A DNA stretch of 64,000 bases from an uncultured Rikenellaceae bacterium (GCA_964446435.1 CAYUOS010000001.1:6659-70658); one strand, 5' to 3'. Counted from the first letter of the stretch, positions 48,046 through 56,975 are shown. The notes: a model not told the origin generated them from the letters alone. Translations and numbers: made by a program.

Positions 48046-49215
48046 ATGAGAAAGATTGCATTTATCATTATTCTGGTGCCGCTTCTGGCATGTTCGCGCA
48101 ACGGTGAGTCAGTGAAGGTGATGACAGGTGCCGACAGAATTGATCAGTACCTCGGGCTTCTCAGCGGCAAGGCTGTGGCACTGGCTGCCAACCAGACCAC
48201 AATGGTCGGAAATACTCACCTTGTTGATACCCTGCTGAGCCTGGGGGTCGACTTGAAGGTCATTTTTGCACCTGAGCATGGTTTCAGGGAGATGGCGGCT
48301 GCCGGTGTACACATAACAGGAGGTATAGATGAAAGGACCGGGGTTAAGATTGTAAGCCTCTATGGCAGCAGGTTCAAGCCGACTCCCGAAGACCTTGAGG
48401 GTATCGATATTGTGATCTTCGACATACAGGATGTGGGGGCGAGGTTCTACACCTACATCTCAACCATGCACTATGTAATGGAAGCCAGTGCCGAGAATGG
48501 CATTGGTTGCATTATACTCGACAGGCCCAACCCGAACGGATTCTATTTTGACGGACCGGTGAGGGAACCGGGGTTTGAATCTTTTGTCGGAAAGCACCCG
48601 GTGCCCGTGGTACACGGTATGTCGGTGGGTGAGTACGCCCGCATGGTGAACGGAGAGGGATGGCTCGCCGGTGGTATTAAGTGCGACCTGACGGTTATCG
48701 AGTGCGTCGGGTGGACACATAAGGATATGTACGAGCTTCCGGTAAGGCCTTCGCCAAACCTGCCCAACCAGAACTCGATTTATCTCTATCCTTCAATATG
48801 CTTCTTCGAGGGAACCAGCATTTCACTTGGCCGTGGCACCGACTTCCCGTTCCAGGTTTTCGGGGCGCCGGAATTTGAGGGAATATATGGTTTCAGCTTT
48901 ATGCCTGTAAGCAGGCCTGAGGCAGGCAATCCGCCACACAAGGACAAGATGTGCTATGGCCGCGACCTGCGTGATGCCACAGCACACGGGCTGGTGCCAT
49001 CAGGCATACTTGACATGTCGTGGGTGATAGAAGCCTATAATGCATTCCCTGACAAGAGCAATTTTTTCAGGAACTACTTCGATACCCTTGCCGGAACACG
49101 CAAGCTGAGGGAGCAGATCGAGGCCGGAATGTCGGCTGAAGAGATCAGGGAGACCTGGAAGGAGGATCTCGAGGCGTTTGGAAGGATAAGGAGTAAGTAT
49201 TTGTTGTATCAATAG
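48046..49215 (+). CDS. namZ: DUF1343-family protein (NamZ-like exo-beta-N-acetylmuramidase)
   Basis: Signal/lipobox LVPLLACSRN from the ATG at 48046. DUF1343-type blocks are present: VALAANQTTMVG, LKVIFAPEHGF, DIVIFDIQDVGARFYTYISTM, ILDRPNP. The track GTG start at 48001 is rejected. Confidence 0.75.
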   Translation: MRKIAFIIILVPLLACSRNGESVKVMTGADRIDQYLGLLSGKAVALAANQTTMVGNTHLVDTLLSLGVDLKVIFAPEHGFREMAAAGVHITGGIDERTGVKIVSLYGSRFKPTPEDLEGIDIVIFDIQDVGARFYTYISTMHYVMEASAENGIGCIILDRPNPNGFYFDGPVREPGFESFVGKHPVPVVHGMSVGEYARMVNGEGWLAGGIKCDLTVIECVGWTHKDMYELPVRPSPNLPNQNSIYLYPSICFFEGTSISLGRGTDFPFQVFGAPEFEGIYGFSFMPVSRPEAGNPPHKDKMCYGRDLRDATAHGLVPSGILDMSWVIEAYNAFPDKSNFFRNYFDTLAGTRKLREQIEAGMSAEEIRETWKEDLEAFGRIRSKYLLYQ

Positions 49216-49221
49216 GTATGG

Positions 49222-49249
49222 GGTGTGAGGTGTGAGGTGTCAGGTGTGG
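49222..49249. repeat. 4 x 7-bp tandem repeat (GGTGTGA) within a G-rich tract
   Basis: GGTGTGA GGTGTGA GGTGTCA GGTGTGG, beginning 7 nt after the namZ-like stop. It continues as CGCGGGGTGAAGGGTGA to 49266. Confidence 0.9.
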
Positions 49250-49288
49250 CGCGGGGTGAAGGGTGATTAATTAATAATTGGATTTATA

Positions 49289-50008
49289 ATGAAGAGAGGG
49301 ACAATATTATCGTTGCCGGTGCCGCAGGCGGCTGAGATAATGGCTGATGCAGGGTTTGAATGGGTATTGATTGACATGGAGCATTCATCGCTTGGTCTGG
49401 GTGAGGTACATAATATAATAAATGCCGCAGGCGACAGGTTGCTGAAGATAGTGCGTGTGCCGGGTAACGACGAGATATGGATAAAGCGGATTCTTGATCT
49501 GGGTTGTGACGGCATCCTGGTACCGATGGTTAACACACGCGAAGCCACAGAGGCGGCTGTTAGCTCTTCGCTATATCCTCCTGCGGGAAGAAGGAGTGTA
49601 GGCCTCAGTCGCGCTCACAGATATGGTCCGGGTTTCGGAGAGTACGTCGCCGGAGCCAACCGTAAACTGATTGTCATGATTCAGGTAGAGCATATCGATG
49701 CAGTGAGGAATCTTGACGATATCCTTTCCGTTAATGGGATCAGTGCGATATTCATCGGTCCCTACGACCTCTCTGCCAGCATGGGCCTGACAGGCCAGAC
49801 AGGTCATCCTGAGGTTGTGGCAGCAATCGATACGGTTAAATCAAAGTGCAATTCTGCCCGACTGCCATGGGGCATATTCTCGTTAACACCGGAAGGACTC
49901 GATAAGCATATTGCCGACGGATGCACCTATGCCCTGTGCGCAACAGATTCCTTTATGCTGGCCGGAGAGGCAGCAAGGACCTCTGCCCGGTTAGGATCGG
50001 CTTCTTAG
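49289..50008 (+). CDS. HpcH/HpaI-family aldolase
   Basis: 239 aa. Family blocks AGFEWVLIDMEHSS, IVRVP, ILVPMVNT and MIQVEH are present. The N-terminus is short and an in-frame stop lies 5 codons upstream. Confidence 0.8.
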   Translation: MKRGTILSLPVPQAAEIMADAGFEWVLIDMEHSSLGLGEVHNIINAAGDRLLKIVRVPGNDEIWIKRILDLGCDGILVPMVNTREATEAAVSSSLYPPAGRRSVGLSRAHRYGPGFGEYVAGANRKLIVMIQVEHIDAVRNLDDILSVNGISAIFIGPYDLSASMGLTGQTGHPEVVAAIDTVKSKCNSARLPWGIFSLTPEGLDKHIADGCTYALCATDSFMLAGEAARTSARLGSAS

Positions 50009-50010
50009 GT

Positions 50011-51324
50011 TCACTTTGCGGGAAGGAATGTTATCCTTATTCTGACAGTGTCGTTTACAGCTGTTCCTGACCTCATTGCCGGCGACCATCCGGGTCCTCT
50101 TGAAAGAAGCCTGACAGTCTCGGCAGAGTATGGCTCGCCGTTACTGCTGACAATTACAGGGGTCCCTTTCCTTCCTCTTAAGGAGACAGGAAGTAGGGCT
50201 TCAACTATGACCACCTGCATCCCCTCTTCATATTTTGGATTCCTGATATTCCTTCTGATATAGTCATGGAAGGCAGGGTAACCACCCACAGGCAGCGGCG
50301 GAGTATAGTCAGGTGACATCATGGAATCAGGCAGAACAATTTCTGATAGTTCTCCGGCAAGCATCAGGCCTTCAGCAGCCTGCTCCTGTTCTGCCGACCT
50401 TACTGCTGCTGTTACAGGTGTCTTCCGCCTTTCGCCGTAACCTACAACAATCACCTCATCGAGGGCTTTCATGTCAGGTTCCATCCTGATGCTTACCATT
50501 TCTGATTTATCGGCCTGCACAAGCAACTGTTTATATCCAACGAAGTTGGCTACCAGAATAATTGAGGTATCAGGTTTATCAGGAACCATAAGGATGAACC
50601 TTCCATCTGCACCGGTAACGGTTCCGGCAGCGGGTTGGCCTTTTATGTAGATGTTAACAAAGGGAAATGGTTTTCCGGTTTCGTCGGAAACCATCCCGGT
50701 TATCTTTCCTGCTTCTTCGACTTTCATTTGAATGGTGGCAACGAAAGGATCAATTATCAATGGTTGTACCACACCTGCAGCCTTAAGCAGAGTCTCTTTC
50801 ACGGCAACTTCCCTGTCAGCAACCACACTTACCGATATTATTTCTGATCTTTCCTTCGAAGCATCTGCGGCAACCTGTTTTGTTACCGCGGTCAGTTTAA
50901 GGGAGTCTGCCCGGGGACGGGCAGTGTCATCCGAGGTTGCTGCAATCTTTTCTTCACCTCCGGGCTTTTCATCTCCTTTTTGTGTTCTCTCTTCAGCAAC
51001 AGCAGGATGTGGCGGTGACAGCTTACCGGCGGGACGGAGCAGAACCACCGAGGTTACTATGAACACCAGCGCCACTGCGGCAATACCTGAGTAGAATACT
51101 ATATTGCGCCTGGCTGAACGCGCATTGATCCTCTTCCTGAGAAGAGAAAGGTCAGAGGCTGCATCTGACGGGTCGAGCATGGATAAGCCTTCGGCGGCGT
51201 CTGCGGCGAACTGATCGCGCTGCATCTCCTTCTCAAAGGAGTTGCGCTCCCTGTCAGACATCTCTCCGGCAGCATACCGGAGGAGGTCCTCGCGTTTTCC
51301 GTTATTTTTCTTCATACCTGACAT
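50011..51324 (-). CDS. Anti-sigma factor-like membrane protein with CarboxypepD_reg and TonB C-terminal-like domains
   Basis: 437 aa. The N-terminus is LLRYAAGEMSDRERNSFEKEM, followed by a TM (IVFYSGIAAVALVFIVTSVVLL) and a charged linker. Next comes a CarboxypepD_reg segment (ITGMVSDETGKPFPFVNIYIKG), then a TonB_C-like end (PPLPVGGYPAFHDYIRRNI...). It overlaps the upstream ECF sigma gene by 23 nt. Confidence 0.7.
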   Translation of the reverse strand: MSGMKKNNGKREDLLRYAAGEMSDRERNSFEKEMQRDQFAADAAEGLSMLDPSDAASDLSLLRKRINARSARRNIVFYSGIAAVALVFIVTSVVLLRPAGKLSPPHPAVAEERTQKGDEKPGGEEKIAATSDDTARPRADSLKLTAVTKQVAADASKERSEIISVSVVADREVAVKETLLKAAGVVQPLIIDPFVATIQMKVEEAGKITGMVSDETGKPFPFVNIYIKGQPAAGTVTGADGRFILMVPDKPDTSIILVANFVGYKQLLVQADKSEMVSIRMEPDMKALDEVIVVGYGERRKTPVTAAVRSAEQEQAAEGLMLAGELSEIVLPDSMMSPDYTPPLPVGGYPAFHDYIRRNIRNPKYEEGMQVVIVEALLPVSLRGRKGTPVIVSSNGEPYSAETVRLLSRGPGWSPAMRSGTAVNDTVRIRITFLPAK

Positions 51325-51904
51325 TTTTCCCCTCCAGGCAGATTTTAAGGTTTCTCTTACCGTTCTGCAGCAGGCTTTTCACTCTCTTTTCATCCGATCG
51401 CATTCTCTCTGCTATTTCACGGTAACATTTATTTTCGAAGTAGAAAAGTTCCACCGATTCTCTCTGCAACTGAGAGAGTTTTTCGATGCACTCCCTCAGA
51501 GCCCTGTCGGTTTCACTTCCTTCCCTGTCAACAGGATGCAGAAATGGCTCCGATTCCACAAATAATTCCTGTTCAATTGCCCATTCCTCATGCTTTGCCT
51601 TTCCCGATGCCTCTGACCTGAGAGCCATAAGACAGAAGTTTTTTGTTACCACATAGAGCCATGCCCTGAAATTATCGGGCCGGTGCCTGGCCGGTTCCGA
51701 GGCAATCTTCTCAAAAATGCCCATAACAGCATCCCGTGCTTCCTCCCTGTTCCGGAGGTACTTCATGCAAACACCGTAAACAAGATGCATGTACCTTGAA
51801 TAGAGTTCTCCGAGTGCCTTAAGGTCGCCTCCTTCATGGAACCTGACGAGCAATTCCCCGTCAGAGAGTTCCCTGTTTTGTTTGCGCAGAATCCTTAAAG
51901 GCAT
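51302..51904 (-). CDS. ECF-type RNA polymerase sigma-70 factor
   Basis: 200 aa with region 2 (LYSRYMHLVYGVCMKYLRNREEARDAVMGIFEKI...FRAWLYVVTKNFC) and region 4 (LSQLQRESVELFYFENKCYREIAERM). Confidence 0.88.
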   Translation of the reverse strand: MPLRILRKQNRELSDGELLVRFHEGGDLKALGELYSRYMHLVYGVCMKYLRNREEARDAVMGIFEKIASEPARHRPDNFRAWLYVVTKNFCLMALRSEASGKAKHEEWAIEQELFVESEPFLHPVDREGSETDRALRECIEKLSQLQRESVELFYFENKCYREIAERMRSDEKRVKSLLQNGKRNLKICLEGKNVRYEEK

Positions 51905-52031
51905 GAAATCCAGATTGATCAGTTCTTAAGTCAGACATAAAAGTACTGATTTCTGTTTTTTTTCTGTTGATTTTATGGAATTATTCCTCAGGCAGCATCA
52001 TGATGATGTAAACCAATTAATAACTGTAACA

Positions 52032-53870
52032 ATGAAAAATTCAATAACAATTATGATCCTGCTGCTGATCGCTTCAGCAACAATGGCACAGACCCGGACA
52101 ATAAGCGGTCTCGTGACAGATGAGAATGGCAAGTCGTTTCCGTATGTAAATGTCTTTGTTGAATCGAACAAATCGGTTTCGGCCGTTACTGACAGCCAGG
52201 GCAGATACAGCATTACAGTGCCTGAGAAATCTGTCCTGGTATTTGCATTTGTGGGGTATAAGACACAAAAGGTACAGACTGGCATTTCAGACATCATAAA
52301 TGTTAAAATGGAGCCTGATCTTACCACACTCCAGGAGGTAATAACTGTTGGATATAATGCTGGCCGGCATAAGATTGTGACAGCGATGGAAATGTCGCCG
52401 GCCTCTGTCAGCAGGCCCGGATGGGGATATTATGATGCAATGGACAGGGAGGACTATTCGCGTATAAGGGAGTCAGGTTTCCACAGTGTGGCTCATAATC
52501 CCCTCTCGACCTTCTCGATTGACGTTGACAACGCGGCTTACTCAAATATTCGCAGGTTCCTCAATATGGGACAGATGCCTCCTGCCGATGCAGTGCGCAT
52601 TGAGGAGATGATAAACTACTTTACCTACGACTATCCCGAGCCCTCAGGGAGTCATCCCTTTTCTGTTTATACCGAAGTTGCGACCTGTCCGTGGAACAGC
52701 AATAACATGCTTCTTCATATAGGACTAAAGGGAAAGAGTATTGAAAAGAGCAAGCTTCCGCCGTCAAACCTGGTGTTCCTGATTGATGTTTCGGGCTCGA
52801 TGGATGCCCCAAACAGGCTGCCCCTGCTCAAATCGGCATTCCGTATGCTCGTAAATGAGATGAGGCCTTCTGACAGGGTTGCCATTGTTGTTTATGCAGG
52901 TGCAAGCGGTGTTGTTCTTGAATCGACTCCCGGAAGCAAAAAGGATGTAATAATATCTGCCCTTGACAGGCTTCAGGCCGGAGGATCAACAGCAGGAGGG
53001 GCGGGTCTCAGGCTTGCATACAGGGTTGCCCAGACGAACTATATCAAGGGAGGCAATAACAGGATTATCCTTGCAACCGACGGCGACTTCAACGTAGGCG
53101 TTACCAGCAATGCCGAACTGGAGAGGATGGTTGAAACAGAGCGTGAGAAGGGGGTTTTCATAACAGTGCTTGGATTTGGCATGGGCAACTACAAGGACAA
53201 CAGGCTTGAGACCATTGCCAACAAGGGAAACGGCAACTATGCCTACATCGACAATATTCAGGAGGCGCGCAAGGTGCTGGTGCAGGAGTTTGGCGGTACA
53301 CTTTTCACCATTGCAAAGGATGTGAAATTCCAGCTGGAGTTTAATCCTGCACATGTCCACTCATACCGGCTTATTGGTTATGAAAACAGACTGTTGGATG
53401 ATGAGGACTTTAACGATGACCGGAAGGATGCCGGTGAGATGGGCGCAGGACATACAGTTACCGCACTTTATGAACTGGTGCCGGCTGGCCGTTCCGGTGC
53501 CAATCCACTGGTTGACCCGCTTAAATACCAGGCCGGTAATCGTCAGCCTGCGAGGTCACTGAATGATGAGATTGTTACCGTTAAGCTAAGGTACAAGGAC
53601 CCTTATGGAGCCGAGAGCCGGATGTTCGAGGAGGTTGTAAAGAGCGGAGAGCGCAGTTTTGAGCGCAGCAGCGAGGATATGAGGTTTTCAGCTGCCATAG
53701 CTGCATTCGGTATGATGCTTAGGGATTCTGAGCATAAGGGAGATATTACCTATGACAGGATAATCGCGATAGCTTCAGGGGCCAGGGGTAATGACCCCGA
53801 TGGCTACCGTGCTGAGTTTATCAGGCTTGTCTCATCGGCAGCAGGCTTAAGCTCAAGGCACAGGAATTGA
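52032..53870 (+). CDS. von Willebrand factor type A protein with N-terminal CarboxypepD_reg domain (YfbK-like)
   Basis: Signal peptide from the ATG at 52032. CarboxypepD_reg segment ISGLVTDENGKSFPYVNVFVES and MIDAS motif FLIDVSGSMD...GGSTAG...ATDGDFN. Confidence 0.85.
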   Translation: MKNSITIMILLLIASATMAQTRTISGLVTDENGKSFPYVNVFVESNKSVSAVTDSQGRYSITVPEKSVLVFAFVGYKTQKVQTGISDIINVKMEPDLTTLQEVITVGYNAGRHKIVTAMEMSPASVSRPGWGYYDAMDREDYSRIRESGFHSVAHNPLSTFSIDVDNAAYSNIRRFLNMGQMPPADAVRIEEMINYFTYDYPEPSGSHPFSVYTEVATCPWNSNNMLLHIGLKGKSIEKSKLPPSNLVFLIDVSGSMDAPNRLPLLKSAFRMLVNEMRPSDRVAIVVYAGASGVVLESTPGSKKDVIISALDRLQAGGSTAGGAGLRLAYRVAQTNYIKGGNNRIILATDGDFNVGVTSNAELERMVETEREKGVFITVLGFGMGNYKDNRLETIANKGNGNYAYIDNIQEARKVLVQEFGGTLFTIAKDVKFQLEFNPAHVHSYRLIGYENRLLDDEDFNDDRKDAGEMGAGHTVTALYELVPAGRSGANPLVDPLKYQAGNRQPARSLNDEIVTVKLRYKDPYGAESRMFEEVVKSGERSFERSSEDMRFSAAIAAFGMMLRDSEHKGDITYDRIIAIASGARGNDPDGYRAEFIRLVSSAAGLSSRHRN

Positions 53871-53895
53871 TTTGATGGCAGTATGATCAGATTTA

Positions 53896-53934
53896 CCGGG
53901 GCGTGGTTTTGCAACTGCGCCCCGGCTGTTTCTG
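53896..53934 (+). terminator. Putative intrinsic terminator
   Basis: CCGGGGCG (53896-53903) pairs with CGCCCCGG (53918-53925), followed by CTGTTTCTG. Confidence 0.6.
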
Positions 53935-54069
53935 TATGGCTATCCATTCTCATTACCCATGGTCAGGGGTTGAACATTACTCTGCTTCAGATTGTTATAA
54001 AAATAGTTAAAAATGTATTAAAATCGTTTGGGCTGATGGCCCGCGCTGCTGCAGATCCTGAATAAATTC

Positions 54070-54077
54070 TATATTTG
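54070..54077 (+). promoter_or_regulatory. -7 box (TAnnTTTG) immediately upstream of the small His-rich ORF
   Basis: TATATTTG ends 6 nt before the ATG at 54084. This implies a leaderless or near-leaderless mRNA. Confidence 0.5.
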
Positions 54078-54083
54078 CACATC

Positions 54084-54452
54084 ATGCGGAAAAGGTTCAC
54101 CAGGCTGTTTTTTAAAGTTGCTGCCATCATGATGATTGCAGCCCTGGGAGCGTTCCAGTTCAACAGAACATCCAACCTTCATTACCATGTTGATGATTAC
54201 GGAAGAGTTGTTTCACACTCCCATCCGTATGACAAATCAAAAGATGCCGGTCCGTTCAAGACTCATTCACATGGCAAGTGCGATATTACAATCCCCTCAG
54301 GGTCAATTGATATGTCGGTGGCGGAATGGTCGCAGGCAATATTGCAGGCTCCATCAGAAGAGGTCAGACAATACACAGATTACCTGGTGTCAAGGGAACA
54401 GGATGGACTCCACCCGATAAGGGGCAGGGCGCCTCCTTCCATTACCATTTAA
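54084..54452 (+). CDS. Small membrane-anchored His-rich hypothetical protein
   Basis: 122 aa from the ATG at 54084. It has an N-terminal TM (LFFKVAAIMMIAALGAFQF) followed by NLHYHVDDYGRVVSHSHPYDKSKDAGPFKTHSHGKCD. It ends 101 nt upstream of a TonB-dependent receptor gene on the same strand. Confidence 0.55.
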   Translation: MRKRFTRLFFKVAAIMMIAALGAFQFNRTSNLHYHVDDYGRVVSHSHPYDKSKDAGPFKTHSHGKCDITIPSGSIDMSVAEWSQAILQAPSEEVRQYTDYLVSREQDGLHPIRGRAPPSITI

Positions 54453-54553
54453 CCAGTTCCCCCGCGAGAGACTATTCTCTCAGTCTTCTGCTGCCGCGAT
54501 CAATAAGGCAGAGGATACTTATGGAAACAAAATGGTAATTAATTTCAGGAACA

Positions 54554-56929
54554 ATGAGAATTAGAAGATTTAGTGCATTACTTGCTATTGCCATGTTTTG
54601 CATTTCGATAATTGATGCCCAGACCAGGCGTACCGACGCCAATATTTTCGGACATGTGGTGTCGGAGGGCTCTCACGTGCCATTCGCCAATGTATATATT
54701 AAGGGTACAACCATAGGTGTTTCGACCGATGAGACCGGTCATTACAGAATGATCAATCTCCCTGTGGGAAGGCATGTTGTGGTTGCCCAATTCGTGGGTT
54801 ACAAGCCGGCCGAACAGATCATTGTAATAGCACAAGGCCAGACAATAGAGGTTAACTTCGAACTTGAGTCAGACATGCTGGGCCTCGATGAAATAGTCGT
54901 GACTGCCGACAGGAATGACAAGAACAGGAAGGAGGCATCGTCAATAGTAAACACAATCACGCCCAGGATGTTTTCGTTCACACAGTCGGTAACCCTCAAT
55001 GAAGGACTTGTCTTTTCTCCCGGGCTGAGGGTTGAGAACAACTGCCAGAACTGCGGATTCAACCAGGTAAGGATGAACGGGCTTGAGGGACCCTATTCGC
55101 AGATACTGATTAACAGCAGACCTGTTTTCAGTGGTCTTGCCGGGGTATATGGCCTTGAACTGATTCCCTCAAACATGATTGAAAGAGTTGAGGTTATCAG
55201 GGGTGGAGGTTCAGCCCTCTATGGCAGCAATGCCATAGCCGGTACCATTAATATTATACTGAAGGACCCCATAAGGAATTCGTTTGAGATCAACAGTACC
55301 GGAGGACTGACCGGTCTGGGTATTGCTAGCAACGGAGGGCTGGCCCGCGATTACAACGTCGGGGTAAACAGCTCAGTTGTCTCAGCCGACAGTAAGACGG
55401 GCCTCTCAGTATTTGGATTCAGCAGGGGAAGGGATCCTTATGATGCAAACGGAGACTCCTTTTCGGAGATCGCAATGATCGACAATACAACAGTAGGTGC
55501 CAGGGCATTTCACCGTTTCGGGAACAGGAGCAAGCTGGCTATCGATCTGTTCAACATAAGGGAGGAGCGAAGGGGAGGCAACAAGTTCGACATGGTATAT
55601 CATGAGGCTGATATTGCCGAGGCGGTCACTCACAATATTAACAACGCCGCTGTGACCTACGACAGGTTTTTCAGGGACTTTGACAAGCTGTCTGTGTTCT
55701 TCTCGATGCAGGACGTGGCGAGGAAGTCCTACTACGGAGCCAATAAGTCGCTGAAGGATTATGGCAAGACAGATGGCTTTACCTGGGTGGGTGGAGCACA
55801 GTACAATCTCGATGCCGGTGAAAGAACCAGTATTGTATCAGGCCTGGAGTTAAGAAAAGAGAAGCTCACTGACACCAAGCTTGGTTATGCTGACTTTGAG
55901 AACGCTGTGATCGAAGATGGAGTGATTGTAAGCGTGCCCCATACTGAAAATACGATTGTTGCATGCCAGACTTTTACAACAGGCGGATTCTTCTCACAGG
56001 TTGAGCAGGGAATAGGAAGGCTGCGGCTTTCAGGCGGATTACGGTTCGATCTGTACGAGGTGAAATGCAACCTGACGGGAGAGAGAGAGCCGGGTGTGGT
56101 GCTTAGTCCGAGACTGAACCTCCTATATAATTTCTCAACATCCCTTCAGGGAAGAGTCTCCTACTCACAAGGGTATCGTGCCCCGCAGGTGTTCGATGAG
56201 GATCTCCACATTCTGACCTCAGGCCTTAGGCAGGTAATAATCAGAAACGATCCTGATCTTATAAGAGAGAAAAGCCATAGTTTCATGGGGTCGCTGGATT
56301 TCAACCGCAAGGTGGGTTCAGTTAACCTCAACCTGCTCGCAGAGGGCTTCTACACGAGGCTGCAGGATCCGTTTGCCAATGAGTTCGGAACTCCCGATGA
56401 GAATGGCACCGTAATATATATAAGGAGTAATGCTGCTGAAGGAGCGACGGTAAGCGGTGTTAACCTTGAAATGAACATGATTCCGGTTGCCGGTGTCACC
56501 ATTTCTGCAGGTGCCACACTGCAACAGAGCAAATTTGACACACCTGTTGAATTTGACGAGCGCAGATTTTTCAGGACACCCGACAGGTATGGATTCGCCA
56601 CCATTAACTGGCAGCCCGCCAGGAAATTCGAAGCATCTCTGACAGGAACATACACCGGCCCAATGCTGGTTCCCTACTTTGGAATGCTGTCACCTGATCC
56701 TGAAGAAGGTATGCTTATCAGAAGTAACTCGTTCCTCGATCTGGGTTTCAACATCAGGTATGATATCAGGCTCAACGGCAGCCGTGCCCAGCTGTTCGGC
56801 GGAATGAAGAATCTCTTTAACGCTTATCAGAAAGATTTCGACACCGGACTGGACAGGGACCCTGGATTTATATATGGTCCGCTGGCACCACGCTCTGTTT
56901 ACCTTGGTATCAGAATAGGAATCTTTTAG
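54554..56929 (+). CDS. TonB-dependent receptor with CarboxypepD_reg N-terminus
   Basis: 791 aa. It has a signal peptide, a CarboxypepD_reg segment (IFGHVVSEGSHVPFANVYIKG), a plug carrying ENNCQNCGFNQVRMNGLEGPYSQILINSRP and IERVEVIRGGGSALYGSNAIAGTINIILK, and the C-terminal strand YLGIRIGIF*. Confidence 0.9.
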   Translation: MRIRRFSALLAIAMFCISIIDAQTRRTDANIFGHVVSEGSHVPFANVYIKGTTIGVSTDETGHYRMINLPVGRHVVVAQFVGYKPAEQIIVIAQGQTIEVNFELESDMLGLDEIVVTADRNDKNRKEASSIVNTITPRMFSFTQSVTLNEGLVFSPGLRVENNCQNCGFNQVRMNGLEGPYSQILINSRPVFSGLAGVYGLELIPSNMIERVEVIRGGGSALYGSNAIAGTINIILKDPIRNSFEINSTGGLTGLGIASNGGLARDYNVGVNSSVVSADSKTGLSVFGFSRGRDPYDANGDSFSEIAMIDNTTVGARAFHRFGNRSKLAIDLFNIREERRGGNKFDMVYHEADIAEAVTHNINNAAVTYDRFFRDFDKLSVFFSMQDVARKSYYGANKSLKDYGKTDGFTWVGGAQYNLDAGERTSIVSGLELRKEKLTDTKLGYADFENAVIEDGVIVSVPHTENTIVACQTFTTGGFFSQVEQGIGRLRLSGGLRFDLYEVKCNLTGEREPGVVLSPRLNLLYNFSTSLQGRVSYSQGYRAPQVFDEDLHILTSGLRQVIIRNDPDLIREKSHSFMGSLDFNRKVGSVNLNLLAEGFYTRLQDPFANEFGTPDENGTVIYIRSNAAEGATVSGVNLEMNMIPVAGVTISAGATLQQSKFDTPVEFDERRFFRTPDRYGFATINWQPARKFEASLTGTYTGPMLVPYFGMLSPDPEEGMLIRSNSFLDLGFNIRYDIRLNGSRAQLFGGMKNLFNAYQKDFDTGLDRDPGFIYGPLAPRSVYLGIRIGIF

Positions 56930-56975
56930 CAAGGTTAGAAACCCGATCGGCATTAAGAAAAACCGGTTGGTATAC

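Noticed and set aside
53883-54175. Two short ORFs (60 and 62 aa, on opposite strands) in the spacer between the vWA gene and the His-rich ORF.
   Set aside because: They overlap each other, the terminator hairpin and the promoter region. Neither has a signal peptide, a motif or a -7 box in a sensible position.
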